A DNA stretch of 27,026 nt from assembly GCA_019057475.1 (NCBI GenBank), contig DXJO01000009.1:1-27026 (forward strand). The letters run 5' to 3'. Under the pieces are notes generated by a model. It was given only the letters and a program-made list of their open reading frames with translations. It made no database searches and was not told the DNA's origin. This DNA is from Candidatus Thorarchaeota archaeon (lineage in GTDB: Archaea; Asgardarchaeota; Thorarchaeia; Thorarchaeales; Thorarchaeaceae). A program made the translations under genes and the position numbers. Shown one piece after another: positions 10,387 through 20,142 of the stretch (within the stretch, counting starts at the first letter, position 1; every line of letters starts with the position of its first letter).

Positions 10387-10881
10387 CTAGATGTCACGCT
10401 TGACATACAACTGTTTCTTCAAGAGTAGGTTGAAGCCCCAGGGGTTTTCAATCTTGCTTGCTAGGGAGTACCCAAGCTTCTTGTAGAATCTCACAGCCCA
10501 TTCCGCCCTCTCATCGGTGACAACTTCCATTGTATGGAGGCCTATCTCTCTGGCCCTCCGCTCCAGATGAGTCACCAGAGCAGTGCCCACTCCCCTCCTC
10601 TGGTAATCCGGAAGCACGTAGACATGTTGGACTCTGCCGGTTTTCCCACTCCTGAGTTCTATAGCTGCGACGCTCACAATTCTGCTTTTACTCCTACAGA
10701 CATAGAAAGTCATTCTCTTGGTACGTTCCAAGAACTCATCTAAGGAGAGAAGCGGTTCTCTGAAGTGCTCCTCCGGAATAATACTTCGAAATGCCTCTCG
10801 ATTTGCTGTATTGATGATCAGAAGAATCTCACGGGCATCGTTAAGCTGTGCTTCCTCAATCACATAGTCGAACATAGTCAA
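10387..10881 (-). CDS. GNAT family N-acetyltransferase
   Basis: VYVLPDYQRRGVGTAL (motif A) and AVRFYKKLGY. Confidence 0.9.
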   Translation of the reverse strand: MTMFDYVIEEAQLNDAREILLIINTANREAFRSIIPEEHFREPLLSLDEFLERTKRMTFYVCRSKSRIVSVAAIELRSGKTGRVQHVYVLPDYQRRGVGTALVTHLERRAREIGLHTMEVVTDERAEWAVRFYKKLGYSLASKIENPWGFNLLLKKQLYVKRDI

Positions 10882-10998
10882 GCACTATTCCTTTCACTGT
10901 GGACCCGAAACGAGATATGGATTGTGAACCTGTGCGATTCGAGAGCCCAAAAGAAATAATTCAAAGCCTGAGTATATTATCATGGAGGTTGTACAGAG

Positions 10999-11535
10999 TT
11001 GCCAGATGAAAGGCTAGAGAGTCCAGAAGAGGGGGCTATCCTCAGGACTGGCGATAAATGGTTTGAACCCGTCAGTTTCAAAGCTACCGTGATTAAAGAG
11101 GGAAGCTGCCGAGCAAGTCATAAGGAGGGCGAGTTGTTTGAGTTTGACTGGAGAACCCCTTTGGGTATATGCTCAGAAAGCTTTGTGGGTATGTATCCCG
11201 TTCTGCATTCCCTTCGTGTCTACGGGGATATGAGAGAGTTGGGTAGTCCCGAACGCAATGTTAGAATCTATAATTGCCCTTCAAGAGTGATACAGTTCAG
11301 GATTGAAGCTACATACCACTGCAATCTGTGCGGTCAAGCGCTTCCTATCGAGGATGAAGAGATTAAATCTTGGCGGCTTGGTCAAGGAGAGGGCAATCTT
11401 TGGGTTCGCGTCTGTGAAACATGCTTCTCAGAGCACAGGAGCAAGAAACTTGAGTGGTATACTCCCAAACATCATGGACTGCGTACTAGCCTTCAGCCCT
11501 GTAGAAGACATCAGTTCCCACTTCATCCTTTGTGA
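10999..11535 (+). CDS. TIGR04076-like Cys-containing protein with C-terminal CxxC...CxxC zinc ribbon
   Basis: GSCRASHKEGELF...PLGICSESF...YNCP, then CNLC and CETC. GGAGGT upstream. Confidence 0.6.
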   Translation: MPDERLESPEEGAILRTGDKWFEPVSFKATVIKEGSCRASHKEGELFEFDWRTPLGICSESFVGMYPVLHSLRVYGDMRELGSPERNVRIYNCPSRVIQFRIEATYHCNLCGQALPIEDEEIKSWRLGQGEGNLWVRVCETCFSEHRSKKLEWYTPKHHGLRTSLQPCRRHQFPLHPL

Positions 11536-12535
11536 TATCATTGCTCTTGCGTAGTTTCTCAAGTGTACTTGCTGCTGCAGCTGGCATTATTCCTAATGAG
11601 TGCGACACATCGACTGTGCGGCAGGGCCTGCGCCGCAGAAGAGAGAGTATTTCCTCCTCAAGAGCACGGCGAGTCTTCCAGACAACCGTCTTTCCTCTGG
11701 CGTCATGGACTCCGTATATCCACAGTCTGTCCGGGCCAAGATGTTGTTCAAGTTCCTTTCCGAAATTTCTCAATGTCTTGATTGAAATGGGACGGACTGT
11801 TGGTACCGCTGCAGGACGCCACGGTGTGTACACTTGTGCCAGATCCGGGCTTATGTCGAGAATGCTGTCGATTAGAGCCCGTTTCGGAAGGCCCTTGACG
11901 TTTGTGAGTCCTCTTGGGCCACGGAGCAACATCACCTCTAGGGCGAGCATACCCTTCATCTCCCCACCAAGCTTCTTGATTGCATCTTTGATTTCATGAA
12001 GCTTGAATGCCCCCTTGGAAGGGCGATTTATCCGCTTGAAGGTGTCTTCGTCGCCTGCATCGAACTTAGCGGTAACTATGTCAAATTCCAAGACCCCTTT
12101 GCGGATGTCCTCACTAGGCAGCAGAGATGCATTTGTCAGGAGGACTATGGGCAAGTCCTGTGCTGTTCCTCTAATTCTGGATACAATTGAACCGATGTTG
12201 GGATTGAGCGTTGGTTCTCCGGTCCCCGAGAACGTCAGGACATCTACGGTCCCTCTGTCCAATCTGTTCAGTGTTTCCTCGACTTCGGAGATGATTTCGT
12301 CAGAGAGAGGTATCTCGTTCAGGATTTCCTCAGGTGAAGTCACATGCTTCTTTGTGGGACCCAGCTGGCAGTAGATGCAGTTGTAGGTGCATTTCTTCGG
12401 GGGAGTAGTGATATCCACTCCCAAGGAACGTCCGTAGCGCCATGAGGATACTGGACCGTAAGTATACGTCACCGATGTCGCCTCCAAGCCTTGCTGACCT
12501 AAGTGTGTTTTCCGTTCACTTATCGCAGTTGGCAT
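11486..12535 (-). CDS. Radical SAM protein (COG0731-like) with C-terminal winged-helix-like tail
   Basis: YGPVSSWRYGRSLGVD, CTYNCIYC, TFSGTGEPTL and LLTNASL. Confidence 0.85.
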   Translation of the reverse strand: MPTAISERKTHLGQQGLEATSVTYTYGPVSSWRYGRSLGVDITTPPKKCTYNCIYCQLGPTKKHVTSPEEILNEIPLSDEIISEVEETLNRLDRGTVDVLTFSGTGEPTLNPNIGSIVSRIRGTAQDLPIVLLTNASLLPSEDIRKGVLEFDIVTAKFDAGDEDTFKRINRPSKGAFKLHEIKDAIKKLGGEMKGMLALEVMLLRGPRGLTNVKGLPKRALIDSILDISPDLAQVYTPWRPAAVPTVRPISIKTLRNFGKELEQHLGPDRLWIYGVHDARGKTVVWKTRRALEEEILSLLRRRPCRTVDVSHSLGIMPAAAASTLEKLRKSNDITKDEVGTDVFYRAEG

Positions 12536-12564
12536 TGCTCTTGGAACACGTGTTCTAAGGAATT

Positions 12565-14163
12565 CTATCTTATGATTGATTCGTAGACCTTAACCAAGGA
12601 TGTTGTGACAGCCTGCCATGAGTAGAGGCGTTCGCATGTTTTACGGAGTGACTCACTCAGTGTAGATGACTTTGAGAGAGTCAACGCATGTTCAATCCTT
12701 TGTGCGATAGTCTGGATACGGTTCTGGGCCTCCAGAGGAAACCGCAAGTCATTCTCAGCAAGCTCAGCAATAGACTGCTCAAACACGAGCGCACTATCAC
12801 GTAGTCCCGAGAAATCCGTCACTAATGGAATGACACCGGCCGAAGCAGCTTCCAGGGCGACAAGTCCGAATGATTCAGGAACGAGAGAGGGGAAGATGGC
12901 AACATCTGCACAGGGTAATAGATACTGGAGAAGAGCGTGATCAAGGAATCCTGTGAACAAAACGTTCGTATCTGGCATAGATTCGCATGAGTTAGCATTC
13001 CCTTCAGTCCATTCTACAGCAGCAGACAGCAGATTCTCAGAGTCAGGGAGTTTCTTCGCAGCATCTAACCAAGGCTCAAACATCGAGCCAATACCGTAGC
13101 GCCTGAACATAGCAAAGGCTTCCAGCCATTCCCGCATGGGACCAGCGCCCACTACGATTAGCTGGCATTGAACTCGCTTAGCAAGCTCATGGTACGCTAT
13201 CAGAAGATCATGAGCGCCTTTTCCAAGAATGAGCCGTCCAACAAACATGATGACTGGCTTCTCCCAGTCAAAACTAGCAATGCGATGCTGCAGGTCTGCA
13301 TCTGGATGCTTTTGCGAATATTGTTTGGCAAACTCGAAAACCGATTGGGGAACCTCGCCTTTTCTAATCCACTCGTAGAATGTCTGACGAATCATCCGAC
13401 TTTGCTCAGCATCTCTCCCAATGAGCTGTTCACTATGATCTTTCAACGATGAAGCGATGATCCGAGAGCATTCGTTCTGGGGGGTAGGCTTGAAAACACT
13501 GGTATCAACTCCCAATGGCACCTCGTCTATCTTGCCAGATAAATCCGGATAGCGTTCTGCAAACATCTCCATGACTTGTGATTTGAAATACTCGTTCCCA
13601 ACAAGGACTGCACTTGCCCCTTCTAGCCCGTTTACAGCTTGCTCAAAGCAGGTGGGATCATCTTTGACAGCATAGACAAGCGCACTCCCGTGTAATGCTG
13701 TCAAGTATGGAATGCCGGTCCTCTTGCCCACTTCTCGAGCAATCGCAGGCATCATGATGGCATGATTGGCATGTAGGACAGCTAGCTCGTCTTCTTGCAC
13801 GCTTGTCGCTATTGCATCCGTATTACTGTCCATGTAGTTCTGCAGAGCTCCAAAGCTCATTTTGGGAAACTCAATAACCTCTTCGAAGTAGGGGTATCTA
13901 TCCCAGACGAAGACAGGTAGGACTGGACCGATGTCTGGTACGTGGACTACTACACCATCAGGGCGCAGGACCGTTTCCTCAATGCTTCCATCTGAACTGT
14001 GCATCCTAATGGCGGAAACGAAAGGAAACCTTGCAGTATCCCGGTCTTGGCAGAACAGGTGTACTTCATGACCTTGTTCCCAAAGAGTTCTTGCTACATT
14101 CTGAACGTAGATGTTGCTTCCTGACCCTGACAGCATCCATCCATGTAGAATCCCAATCCGCAT
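12565..14163 (-). CDS. Glycosyltransferase family 4 (GT-B)
   Basis: LSGSGSNIYV, LHGS, PLGVD, FVGRLILGKG and PESFGLVALEAASAG (Ex7E). Confidence 0.9.
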   Translation of the reverse strand: MRIGILHGWMLSGSGSNIYVQNVARTLWEQGHEVHLFCQDRDTARFPFVSAIRMHSSDGSIEETVLRPDGVVVHVPDIGPVLPVFVWDRYPYFEEVIEFPKMSFGALQNYMDSNTDAIATSVQEDELAVLHANHAIMMPAIAREVGKRTGIPYLTALHGSALVYAVKDDPTCFEQAVNGLEGASAVLVGNEYFKSQVMEMFAERYPDLSGKIDEVPLGVDTSVFKPTPQNECSRIIASSLKDHSEQLIGRDAEQSRMIRQTFYEWIRKGEVPQSVFEFAKQYSQKHPDADLQHRIASFDWEKPVIMFVGRLILGKGAHDLLIAYHELAKRVQCQLIVVGAGPMREWLEAFAMFRRYGIGSMFEPWLDAAKKLPDSENLLSAAVEWTEGNANSCESMPDTNVLFTGFLDHALLQYLLPCADVAIFPSLVPESFGLVALEAASAGVIPLVTDFSGLRDSALVFEQSIAELAENDLRFPLEAQNRIQTIAQRIEHALTLSKSSTLSESLRKTCERLYSWQAVTTSLVKVYESIIR

Positions 14164-14261
14164 CGCGATTCTGATATGGTATGAACCTAAAGATTAGCCT
14201 TCGTGTTTCTCAGAGCACACATAGTGAGAGAGCAATCGCCAGTGACGCAGCAATAACCCAT

Positions 14262-14543
14262 TCAGCCTAACCAATTGTAGCCCTTGCTCCGATGGATGAT
14301 CTCGGTCACTTTGACTTCGCGCTCAACTACGAAGTAGATGGCTCTGTAGTTGCCAATCCTTAAGCGAAAAAGTGGCGGATTTAGTGGAAAGCTGAGTTTC
14401 CTTATGTCGGCTCCGGAGCATGAATGAAATGGATCCTGCTCAAGGTTTCTCAATGCTTCTTTGATTCGTTCCTTTCGCTTCATGTCCAGCAGATTCAATT
14501 GAGAAATTGTAGTTTCCGATAGGAGAACCCTATACTTCGCCAA
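14262..14543 (-). CDS. relE: RelE/ParE family toxin
   Basis: DIRKL...FRLRIGNYRAIY...EIIHRSKGY. Likely TTG start at 14543 overlapping the antitoxin stop. Confidence 0.85.
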   Translation of the reverse strand: MAKYRVLLSETTISQLNLLDMKRKERIKEALRNLEQDPFHSCSGADIRKLSFPLNPPLFRLRIGNYRAIYFVVEREVKVTEIIHRSKGYNWLG

Positions 14544-14718
14544 GGGAGGTGAACCCCTCTTCAGCAAGGATTCGTTTCTGGCGCTCCGCGAACTCAAGCT
14601 GTTCTGCGACCTCCACGAGCCGTCGGATCAATTGGTCATAGGTTTCCCCCTTTCGCCCTTGCTTCTTTAGCAGATCCCTAGTTTCCTTGGTCAGTGGAAT
14701 GGTAGTCGTTTCACCCAT
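14530..14718 (-). CDS. Ribbon-helix-helix antitoxin
   Basis: MGETTTIPLTKETRDLLKKQGRKGETYDQLIRRL, acidic tail, directly upstream of the toxin. Confidence 0.8.
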   Translation of the reverse strand: MGETTTIPLTKETRDLLKKQGRKGETYDQLIRRLVEVAEQLEFAERQKRILAEEGFTSLGEV

Positions 14719-14720
14719 CT

Positions 14721-14755
14721 CTATCATATCTTATAACATTGATAGTTGTTTATAA
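14721..14755 (-). promoter_or_regulatory. TATA-like boxes within imperfect inverted repeats (putative TA operator)
   Basis: TTATAACA...TGTTTATAA and CTATCA...TGATAG upstream of the antitoxin. Confidence 0.45.
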
Positions 14756-14845
14756 TCTCGTCGGATACCCTTGTGGAATCACTCTGACCTAGTGCTGCAT
14801 GATGATGTTGCAGTTTTTTATGGTCATGACACGATACTTGTAGGC

Positions 14846-15241
14846 ATGAGCTTTCTAGTCGATCCATTGTTGCTTGCAGTGTGTGGTGCATCCATCGTCT
14901 GGCTGCACAACCGATTGTTCCACCGTGTCACCCGGCGTGCCAAGACATACCTCGCGGCATTAACGCTAATCACGTTTTGGATCGTCGCGGGCTCTATGTA
15001 CCTCAATCTAAGCTGGTTCGACTGGGTCTGGCAGGGGATAGGGCAGGCTGCATCAGGCCGCGACTTCATGATTAACAGCGGCTTATTCGACTTCGAATAT
15101 GTCAATACAGCGGGTTTCATTGACACCGTTGCCCTTATCCTGTTCCTTCTGTACCCCATGTGGCTCTATTGTGGCATCTTCTTGGGCTACTTTCTATTCG
15201 GGCGTCACGAGCGGCAAACAGGTATGGTTGGACTTCTCTAG
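14846..15241 (+). CDS. Hypothetical membrane protein
   Basis: Three hydrophobic helices, likely start MSFLVDP, 20 nt before the SDR gene. Confidence 0.65.
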   Translation: MSFLVDPLLLAVCGASIVWLHNRLFHRVTRRAKTYLAALTLITFWIVAGSMYLNLSWFDWVWQGIGQAASGRDFMINSGLFDFEYVNTAGFIDTVALILFLLYPMWLYCGIFLGYFLFGRHERQTGMVGLL

Positions 15242-15261
15242 CCGTTATGGATGGTGAAATA

Positions 15262-16266
15262 ATGACCAAAGAAAGGGTTGTCCTAGTGACTGGCGCTTGC
15301 GGCTTTGTCGGTAGCCATTTGGTAGACTACTTGCTGCAGATGGCTGGAACTGATGTGCGTGCCACGGACTTGCCCTCGGCCAACCGTGCCTTCCAGAACC
15401 CGTCATCTGAGTTTGTTCCCAGTGACCTACGAGTCCCCGAAACCCTTCAACAGGTGATTCAGGGTGTAGATGTAATCTATCACGCTGCTTCTCTTTTCCG
15501 CTACTCAGCATCCTGGGAGGATCTATACGCTGTCAATGTTGATGGTACACGTAACTTGGCTGCTGCATCCATTGAAGCTGGTGTGTCCAAGCTCGTTCTC
15601 ATTAGCACTAGTGGTGTCTATGGCGCATCGCGCTCATTGCCAATCAGAGAGGAAGAGCCCAAGCGGCCGTCCAACGCCTATGAGAGGTCCAAGTGGGAGC
15701 AAGAACTGGCCGTACAGGAAACCTGCTTGGGCAGTCGGTTGGAAGTTGTCATCCTGAGACCAGCGCCCATTTATGGTCCCCGCAATCATTATGGCATCGC
15801 TACTATCATTCGGATGATTGCTAAGGGTCAACTTCCCGTCATATCTGAGAACCTCAACAAGCTAGTGCCACTGGTGCATGTGGCCGATGTGGTTGGCGCA
15901 GCAGTTCATCTGACGGACTATCCGGGAGCGACCGGAGAAGCTTACAATGTGGTGGATGACTCCACGTACCGCAAGTACGATCTCTTCTCCTCTCTTGCAC
16001 CCCTGCTGGATACTAAGGTCTATCACACTCAGATTCCGACCCCTCGAATCGCCCTTAGAACATTGGCACGCTGGTCAGAGTGGAAAGCAAGACACATAAC
16101 TCATGGCGAACCTAAGGTGGAACTCGCGACAGTTGATATGATGTACAATGGATACTGGTATAGTAACTCCAAATTGAAAGCCACTGGCTACCGACTTCTA
16201 TATCCAGACCCCCGTATTGGCCTGAAAGACACCATCGACTGGTACAGACTGCATGGCTGGCTCTAG
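15262..16266 (+). CDS. NAD-dependent epimerase/dehydratase (extended SDR, 3-beta-HSD-like)
   Basis: VLVTGACGFVG, YHAAS, VNVDGT, STSGVYG, YERSK and LRPAPIYGP. GGTGA precedes ATG 15262. Confidence 0.9.
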   Translation: MTKERVVLVTGACGFVGSHLVDYLLQMAGTDVRATDLPSANRAFQNPSSEFVPSDLRVPETLQQVIQGVDVIYHAASLFRYSASWEDLYAVNVDGTRNLAAASIEAGVSKLVLISTSGVYGASRSLPIREEEPKRPSNAYERSKWEQELAVQETCLGSRLEVVILRPAPIYGPRNHYGIATIIRMIAKGQLPVISENLNKLVPLVHVADVVGAAVHLTDYPGATGEAYNVVDDSTYRKYDLFSSLAPLLDTKVYHTQIPTPRIALRTLARWSEWKARHITHGEPKVELATVDMMYNGYWYSNSKLKATGYRLLYPDPRIGLKDTIDWYRLHGWL

Positions 16267-16347
16267 ACTAGGGGTCGCTTCGGGTTCAACACCAAATCAG
16301 GAGAGAGTTTATGACGCCCGAGGTCATCTATTCATTGAGCGTTGAGC

Positions 16348-16710
16348 ATGAGAGAGTGGACACGAACTTACTACTTGATAGCACTTCTTACACTTGAGAA
16401 AATTGTTCAACATGTAGTGGTGACCTTGTGTTTTCTTTTCGACTTTGGAGGAATCAGGGCGACTGTGGCGGTCGACTACAGGTATCTGATGGTGGCCGGC
16501 GGCATTGTCGCAATCCTGTTCTTCATCGCCCTTTGGGCTCTGCTAACCGAGAAGACCTGGTCCATATCTCTAGTGGCTGGATTAGCAGTTTTCGACATTG
16601 TCGGAGAATTCATTGCTCAGGGCACTATTTTCATCACACTCATGGTTTCCTTTGTCGTTGCGATTGTTCTATTGGTCCTGTGCTATAAGACACGCTCACG
16701 CAAAAGTTAG
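16348..16710 (+). CDS. Hypothetical membrane protein (about 4 TM)
   Basis: Hydrophobic ~120-aa ORF. Confidence 0.6.
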   Translation: MREWTRTYYLIALLTLEKIVQHVVVTLCFLFDFGGIRATVAVDYRYLMVAGGIVAILFFIALWALLTEKTWSISLVAGLAVFDIVGEFIAQGTIFITLMVSFVVAIVLLVLCYKTRSRKS

Positions 16711-16887
16711 ATCTGCATGAGAGGAAGTGGTTGTTGGGCAGCTTAAGCATTGCGTATCTAGCTTATGAGCCTGACCTCAACGGGACTCCCAAAGAAAGCC
16801 CAATAATCTACGGTATTATGGATTGAGCAAGGCCTTATTGACCGGGAAAATAGAGGTCAGGCGATTAGTTGATGGGGTTCCTTTCAA

Positions 16888-18852
16888 TCACTTCGCTCGT
16901 CTGATTTCCTCAACGGCTTCAGGATTGACCAGCGAGGAGGTATCACCTAGATCCTCTCCTAGGTAAGCGGCACGTATCGTTCGACGCATCACCTTTGCAT
17001 TGCGAGTCTTTGGCAGGTCGCTGACAAACAGTACTGCTCGCGGAGTAAGAGGTCTACCCATGGCAGTTGTTACCATTCTCTTGAGCTCCTCTCGAAGCGA
17101 CTCAGAGGAGTCGTTCCCGGGTACAAGCACACAGAACACAACAAGCTCATTCAGCTTGACCTCATGAGGGACGCCAATGGCTGCTGCTTCTGCCACAGCC
17201 GGATGACTCACAAGGACAGATTCGGCTTCAGCGGGCCCGAAGCGCTTGCCCGCGATCTTGATTATGTCGTCGGATCGACCTAGAATGTACCAGAGACCAT
17301 CGGAATCAATAGCAGCGAAATCCCCGTGCACCCATACGTTAGGCCAACGTGACCAGTAGGTTTTCTCGTAGCGTTCGGGGTCCCTCCAGAATCCTCGTGT
17401 CATTCCAATCCAAGGGGCCTTGATGACAAGTTCCCCAACCTGGTCGCGGACAGGCGTGCCATCTTCGTCAAACACGTCGGCAGCAATTCCTGGACAGGGA
17501 GCCGAAAAGGCACATGCCTTGAGCGGCAATAGAGGGTTGCCCATCACTATGCCTCCAGAAATTTCTGTCCCACCAGAGTAATTGATAATTGGGACAGTTC
17601 CTTTTCCAACTTTCTCAAACAGCCACATCCAAGGAGCAGGATTCCACGGCTCACCTGTGGAACCGAAGAAGCGAAGTGATGACAAGTCGTGTTTCCTCAC
17701 GGGAGCTTCTCCGTAAGTCATCAACAGTCTAATCAGTGTGGGTGATACACCGAGCATAGTGATTTTGTGCTTCGCGACCTGTTCCCACACGCGACCAGGA
17801 CCAGGGTAGTTGGGCGCGCCGTCGAATATGACGAAGGTCCCACTCAAGATCAATGTGCCGAAGACTAACCAAGGACCCATCATCCATCCCATGTCAGTCA
17901 TCCAATAGATGATCTGACCCGGATGTAGGTCAGTGCCAAAAGCCATGTCTTGAGCTGCTTTGACTGGAAATCCGCAATGAGTATGAACAGCTCCCTTGGC
18001 AAGGCCTGTGGTGCCTGATGTGTAGATGATCATCAGGGGATCGTCTGCCCCCATGATTTCAGTTGGAGCACTATCCGATTGGCCTGAAGTGATATCTTCC
18101 CACCAGTAGTCCCGGTCTTCCCTCATATGGACTGAGGTTTTGGCCCGGTTCAATACAATCATGTGTTCCAGTGTAGGAATCTGCTCTGCTGCTTCATCAG
18201 CGATAGGTTTCATAGTTACTAGTTGCCCTCGACGAAAGAAGCCATCAGCAGTGAACAGCGCCTTGGCTTCTGCATCGGCCAGACGATTTACAATCGCGTT
18301 GACTCCAAAACCTGAGAACAGGGGCAAAATTATGCCGCCAATCTTGGCTATCGCCAACAAGGCGACCACAATCTCAGGGACCATCGGCATGAAGATTCCT
18401 ACTGGGTCACCAGAACCTAGACCAAGAAACCGTAGCGCATTGGCAGCCTTGTTGACTTCTCGAAACAGCTCTCCATAAGTCATTGACCGTGTTTCACCAT
18501 CTTCTCCTTCCCAGATGAACGCGTCACGCTTCTCAACTGATGTGCCCATGTACTTGTCAAGGCAATTGTGGACTACATTCATCTTCCCGCCAATGCACCA
18601 ACGCGGCCATGCCATCCCTCGGGAAAGATCCACAACCTGCTCATATGGTTCATAGAATCGGATGTCAAGATACTTCAGAACTGCATCAGTAAACCAAGCG
18701 ATATCGTTCGTAGAGCGTTTCATCAGTTCACTAAAGCTCCCTATTCGATGCAATCGCATGAACTGAGTTAGGTTCGCCTCCTGCACATATTCGGGCGTGG
18801 GTCGCCAAGCAATCTCGCCACCAAACTTGAAGCTTTCTTTCATTGAACTCAC
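16888..18852 (-). CDS. AMP-forming acetyl/acyl-CoA synthetase
   Basis: YTSGTTGLAKG P-loop, TDMGWMMG, STGEPWN, SGGTE, GRSDD and PKTRNAKVMRR. Confidence 0.92.
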   Translation of the reverse strand: MSSMKESFKFGGEIAWRPTPEYVQEANLTQFMRLHRIGSFSELMKRSTNDIAWFTDAVLKYLDIRFYEPYEQVVDLSRGMAWPRWCIGGKMNVVHNCLDKYMGTSVEKRDAFIWEGEDGETRSMTYGELFREVNKAANALRFLGLGSGDPVGIFMPMVPEIVVALLAIAKIGGIILPLFSGFGVNAIVNRLADAEAKALFTADGFFRRGQLVTMKPIADEAAEQIPTLEHMIVLNRAKTSVHMREDRDYWWEDITSGQSDSAPTEIMGADDPLMIIYTSGTTGLAKGAVHTHCGFPVKAAQDMAFGTDLHPGQIIYWMTDMGWMMGPWLVFGTLILSGTFVIFDGAPNYPGPGRVWEQVAKHKITMLGVSPTLIRLLMTYGEAPVRKHDLSSLRFFGSTGEPWNPAPWMWLFEKVGKGTVPIINYSGGTEISGGIVMGNPLLPLKACAFSAPCPGIAADVFDEDGTPVRDQVGELVIKAPWIGMTRGFWRDPERYEKTYWSRWPNVWVHGDFAAIDSDGLWYILGRSDDIIKIAGKRFGPAEAESVLVSHPAVAEAAAIGVPHEVKLNELVVFCVLVPGNDSSESLREELKRMVTTAMGRPLTPRAVLFVSDLPKTRNAKVMRRTIRAAYLGEDLGDTSSLVNPEAVEEIRRAK

Positions 18853-19048
18853 TCCACGGGTCTAGTGTGATAGTGCGGCCGCTATCGAATCGCGCTCACG
18901 CCTTATGCATCGGCCTATTATAATATGGGGATTACCTGCAATTGCACTGCCTTAGAGAGCGCAAATGTGCTGCGACAGGAATCAAGAATGCTCTCCCATG
19001 TAAGAGAGCTTCCGTGACTCGCCGACAATGGTGAACAAAGCTGGCGCA

Positions 19049-19088
19049 GAATGAGGGGGCGCTCAGCAGTGGGCAAAGAGTAAGCTCC
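19049..19088 (+). repeat. Array repeat copy 1
   Basis: GAATGAGGGGGCGCTCAGCAGTGGGCAAAGAGTAAGCTCC. Confidence 0.9.
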
Positions 19089-19147
19089 TTTTCCCAAATC
19101 CGTCAACCTCTACTTTGTTCACCATCTTGAGTGAGTGGGATAGCCTG

Positions 19148-19963
19148 TCATCCGTCCGGCGCTCTCTCTCGAGCAAGCCGCTCCCTTTTGAACACAGCCA
19201 GGAGTATGATTGCTGTTAGCCACAGGAAACCCAAGTACAGGAAACCGAACTGTTGATCACCGGATGACACGATCAATATGCTTGCTAGGTAATTGATTGA
19301 CGAATGTCCAATTATGCATACGAAAACACTCTCAGTATTGTTGTATAGCCAAGTGAAAAAGAAAGCAAGTGGCACAGCCATCAGTAGCAACCCAATGAAT
19401 GACCCCTGGGACTCCGCATACCCCGGGATGGCGAAGAGAGGCAGATGCCAGAAAGCCCAGAGCACTGCAAGAACCAGAGTTGACGTTGTTGCGTTATGCT
19501 TGGTCTGCAGCTTTGGAAGTGCGTAGCCTCTCCAGCCGGGTTCTTCTAAACCACCGCTCAAGAAGACACTATACAAGAACAGGAGGGCCAAGTCCAGCCA
19601 GTGACTGCTGTAGATGATAGGAGAAGGACCTCCCAAGAGAAGATTCAGACCAATTGCACCAATGTAAAGCGCCGCTGGCACGAAAAATGAAGCCAACAAC
19701 CATGTGGCCTTCACTTGCCACTTGATACTGCTGGCAACTAGCTCATGGACAGAAGACCGTCCCCCTTCCCTTCCTTTAATGATAAGTGCAGATAAGGCTG
19801 GTCCCAAGATTCCGAAGTATAGTAGTGGTTCAAGACCTTGCATGCTTCCAGCTACGGAAGCGACTACGGCAGCTGACAGCCAACACGCCCAAGAGATTCC
19901 ATAGGCAAGAATGAAGAACATCGCAAGCGGTTTCATTCCTTGGCTTTCTCTCACGACGGCCAT
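19148..19963 (-). CDS. CPBP/Abi (type II CAAX) intramembrane metalloprotease
   Basis: LEEPGWRGYALP, LWAFWHLP and IIGHSSIN motifs. Confidence 0.92.
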   Translation of the reverse strand: MAVVRESQGMKPLAMFFILAYGISWACWLSAAVVASVAGSMQGLEPLLYFGILGPALSALIIKGREGGRSSVHELVASSIKWQVKATWLLASFFVPAALYIGAIGLNLLLGGPSPIIYSSHWLDLALLFLYSVFLSGGLEEPGWRGYALPKLQTKHNATTSTLVLAVLWAFWHLPLFAIPGYAESQGSFIGLLLMAVPLAFFFTWLYNNTESVFVCIIGHSSINYLASILIVSSGDQQFGFLYLGFLWLTAIILLAVFKRERLARERAPDG

Positions 19964-20077
19964 CTTGGACCCTCGTTTATTGGTCCGACCTAGACAATAC
20001 TATCTCTTAAACCTTCCAACGTGATGATGCCTTCTCCAAACCTGCTGTCGCGTAGACGCCTTTCAACAAAAGACCGT

Positions 20078-20109
20078 GAAATGAAAAGGGTGCTCAGCAG
20101 TAGGCAAAG
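20078..20109 (+). repeat. Array repeat copy 2
   Basis: GAAATGAAAAGGGTGCTCAGCAGTAGGCAAAG. Confidence 0.9.
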
Positions 20110-20142
20110 ATGTTTATCAGAAACCATTCCTGCAGAATCAAT

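Noticed and set aside
18918-19106. Repeat as a short peptide (LPTAERP/LPTAEHP in the - strand ORFs at 18918 and 24728)
   Set aside because: Indels and non-synonymous changes between copies, and no shared start or stop.
19988-19998. ACCTAGACAAT shared with the IS right end (26802-26812); also a 13-mer shared between 1760 and 18863 and AATCAAGA near 18980, 22219 and 23096
   Set aside because: Matches of this length are expected by chance in 27 kb and their contexts are inconsistent.
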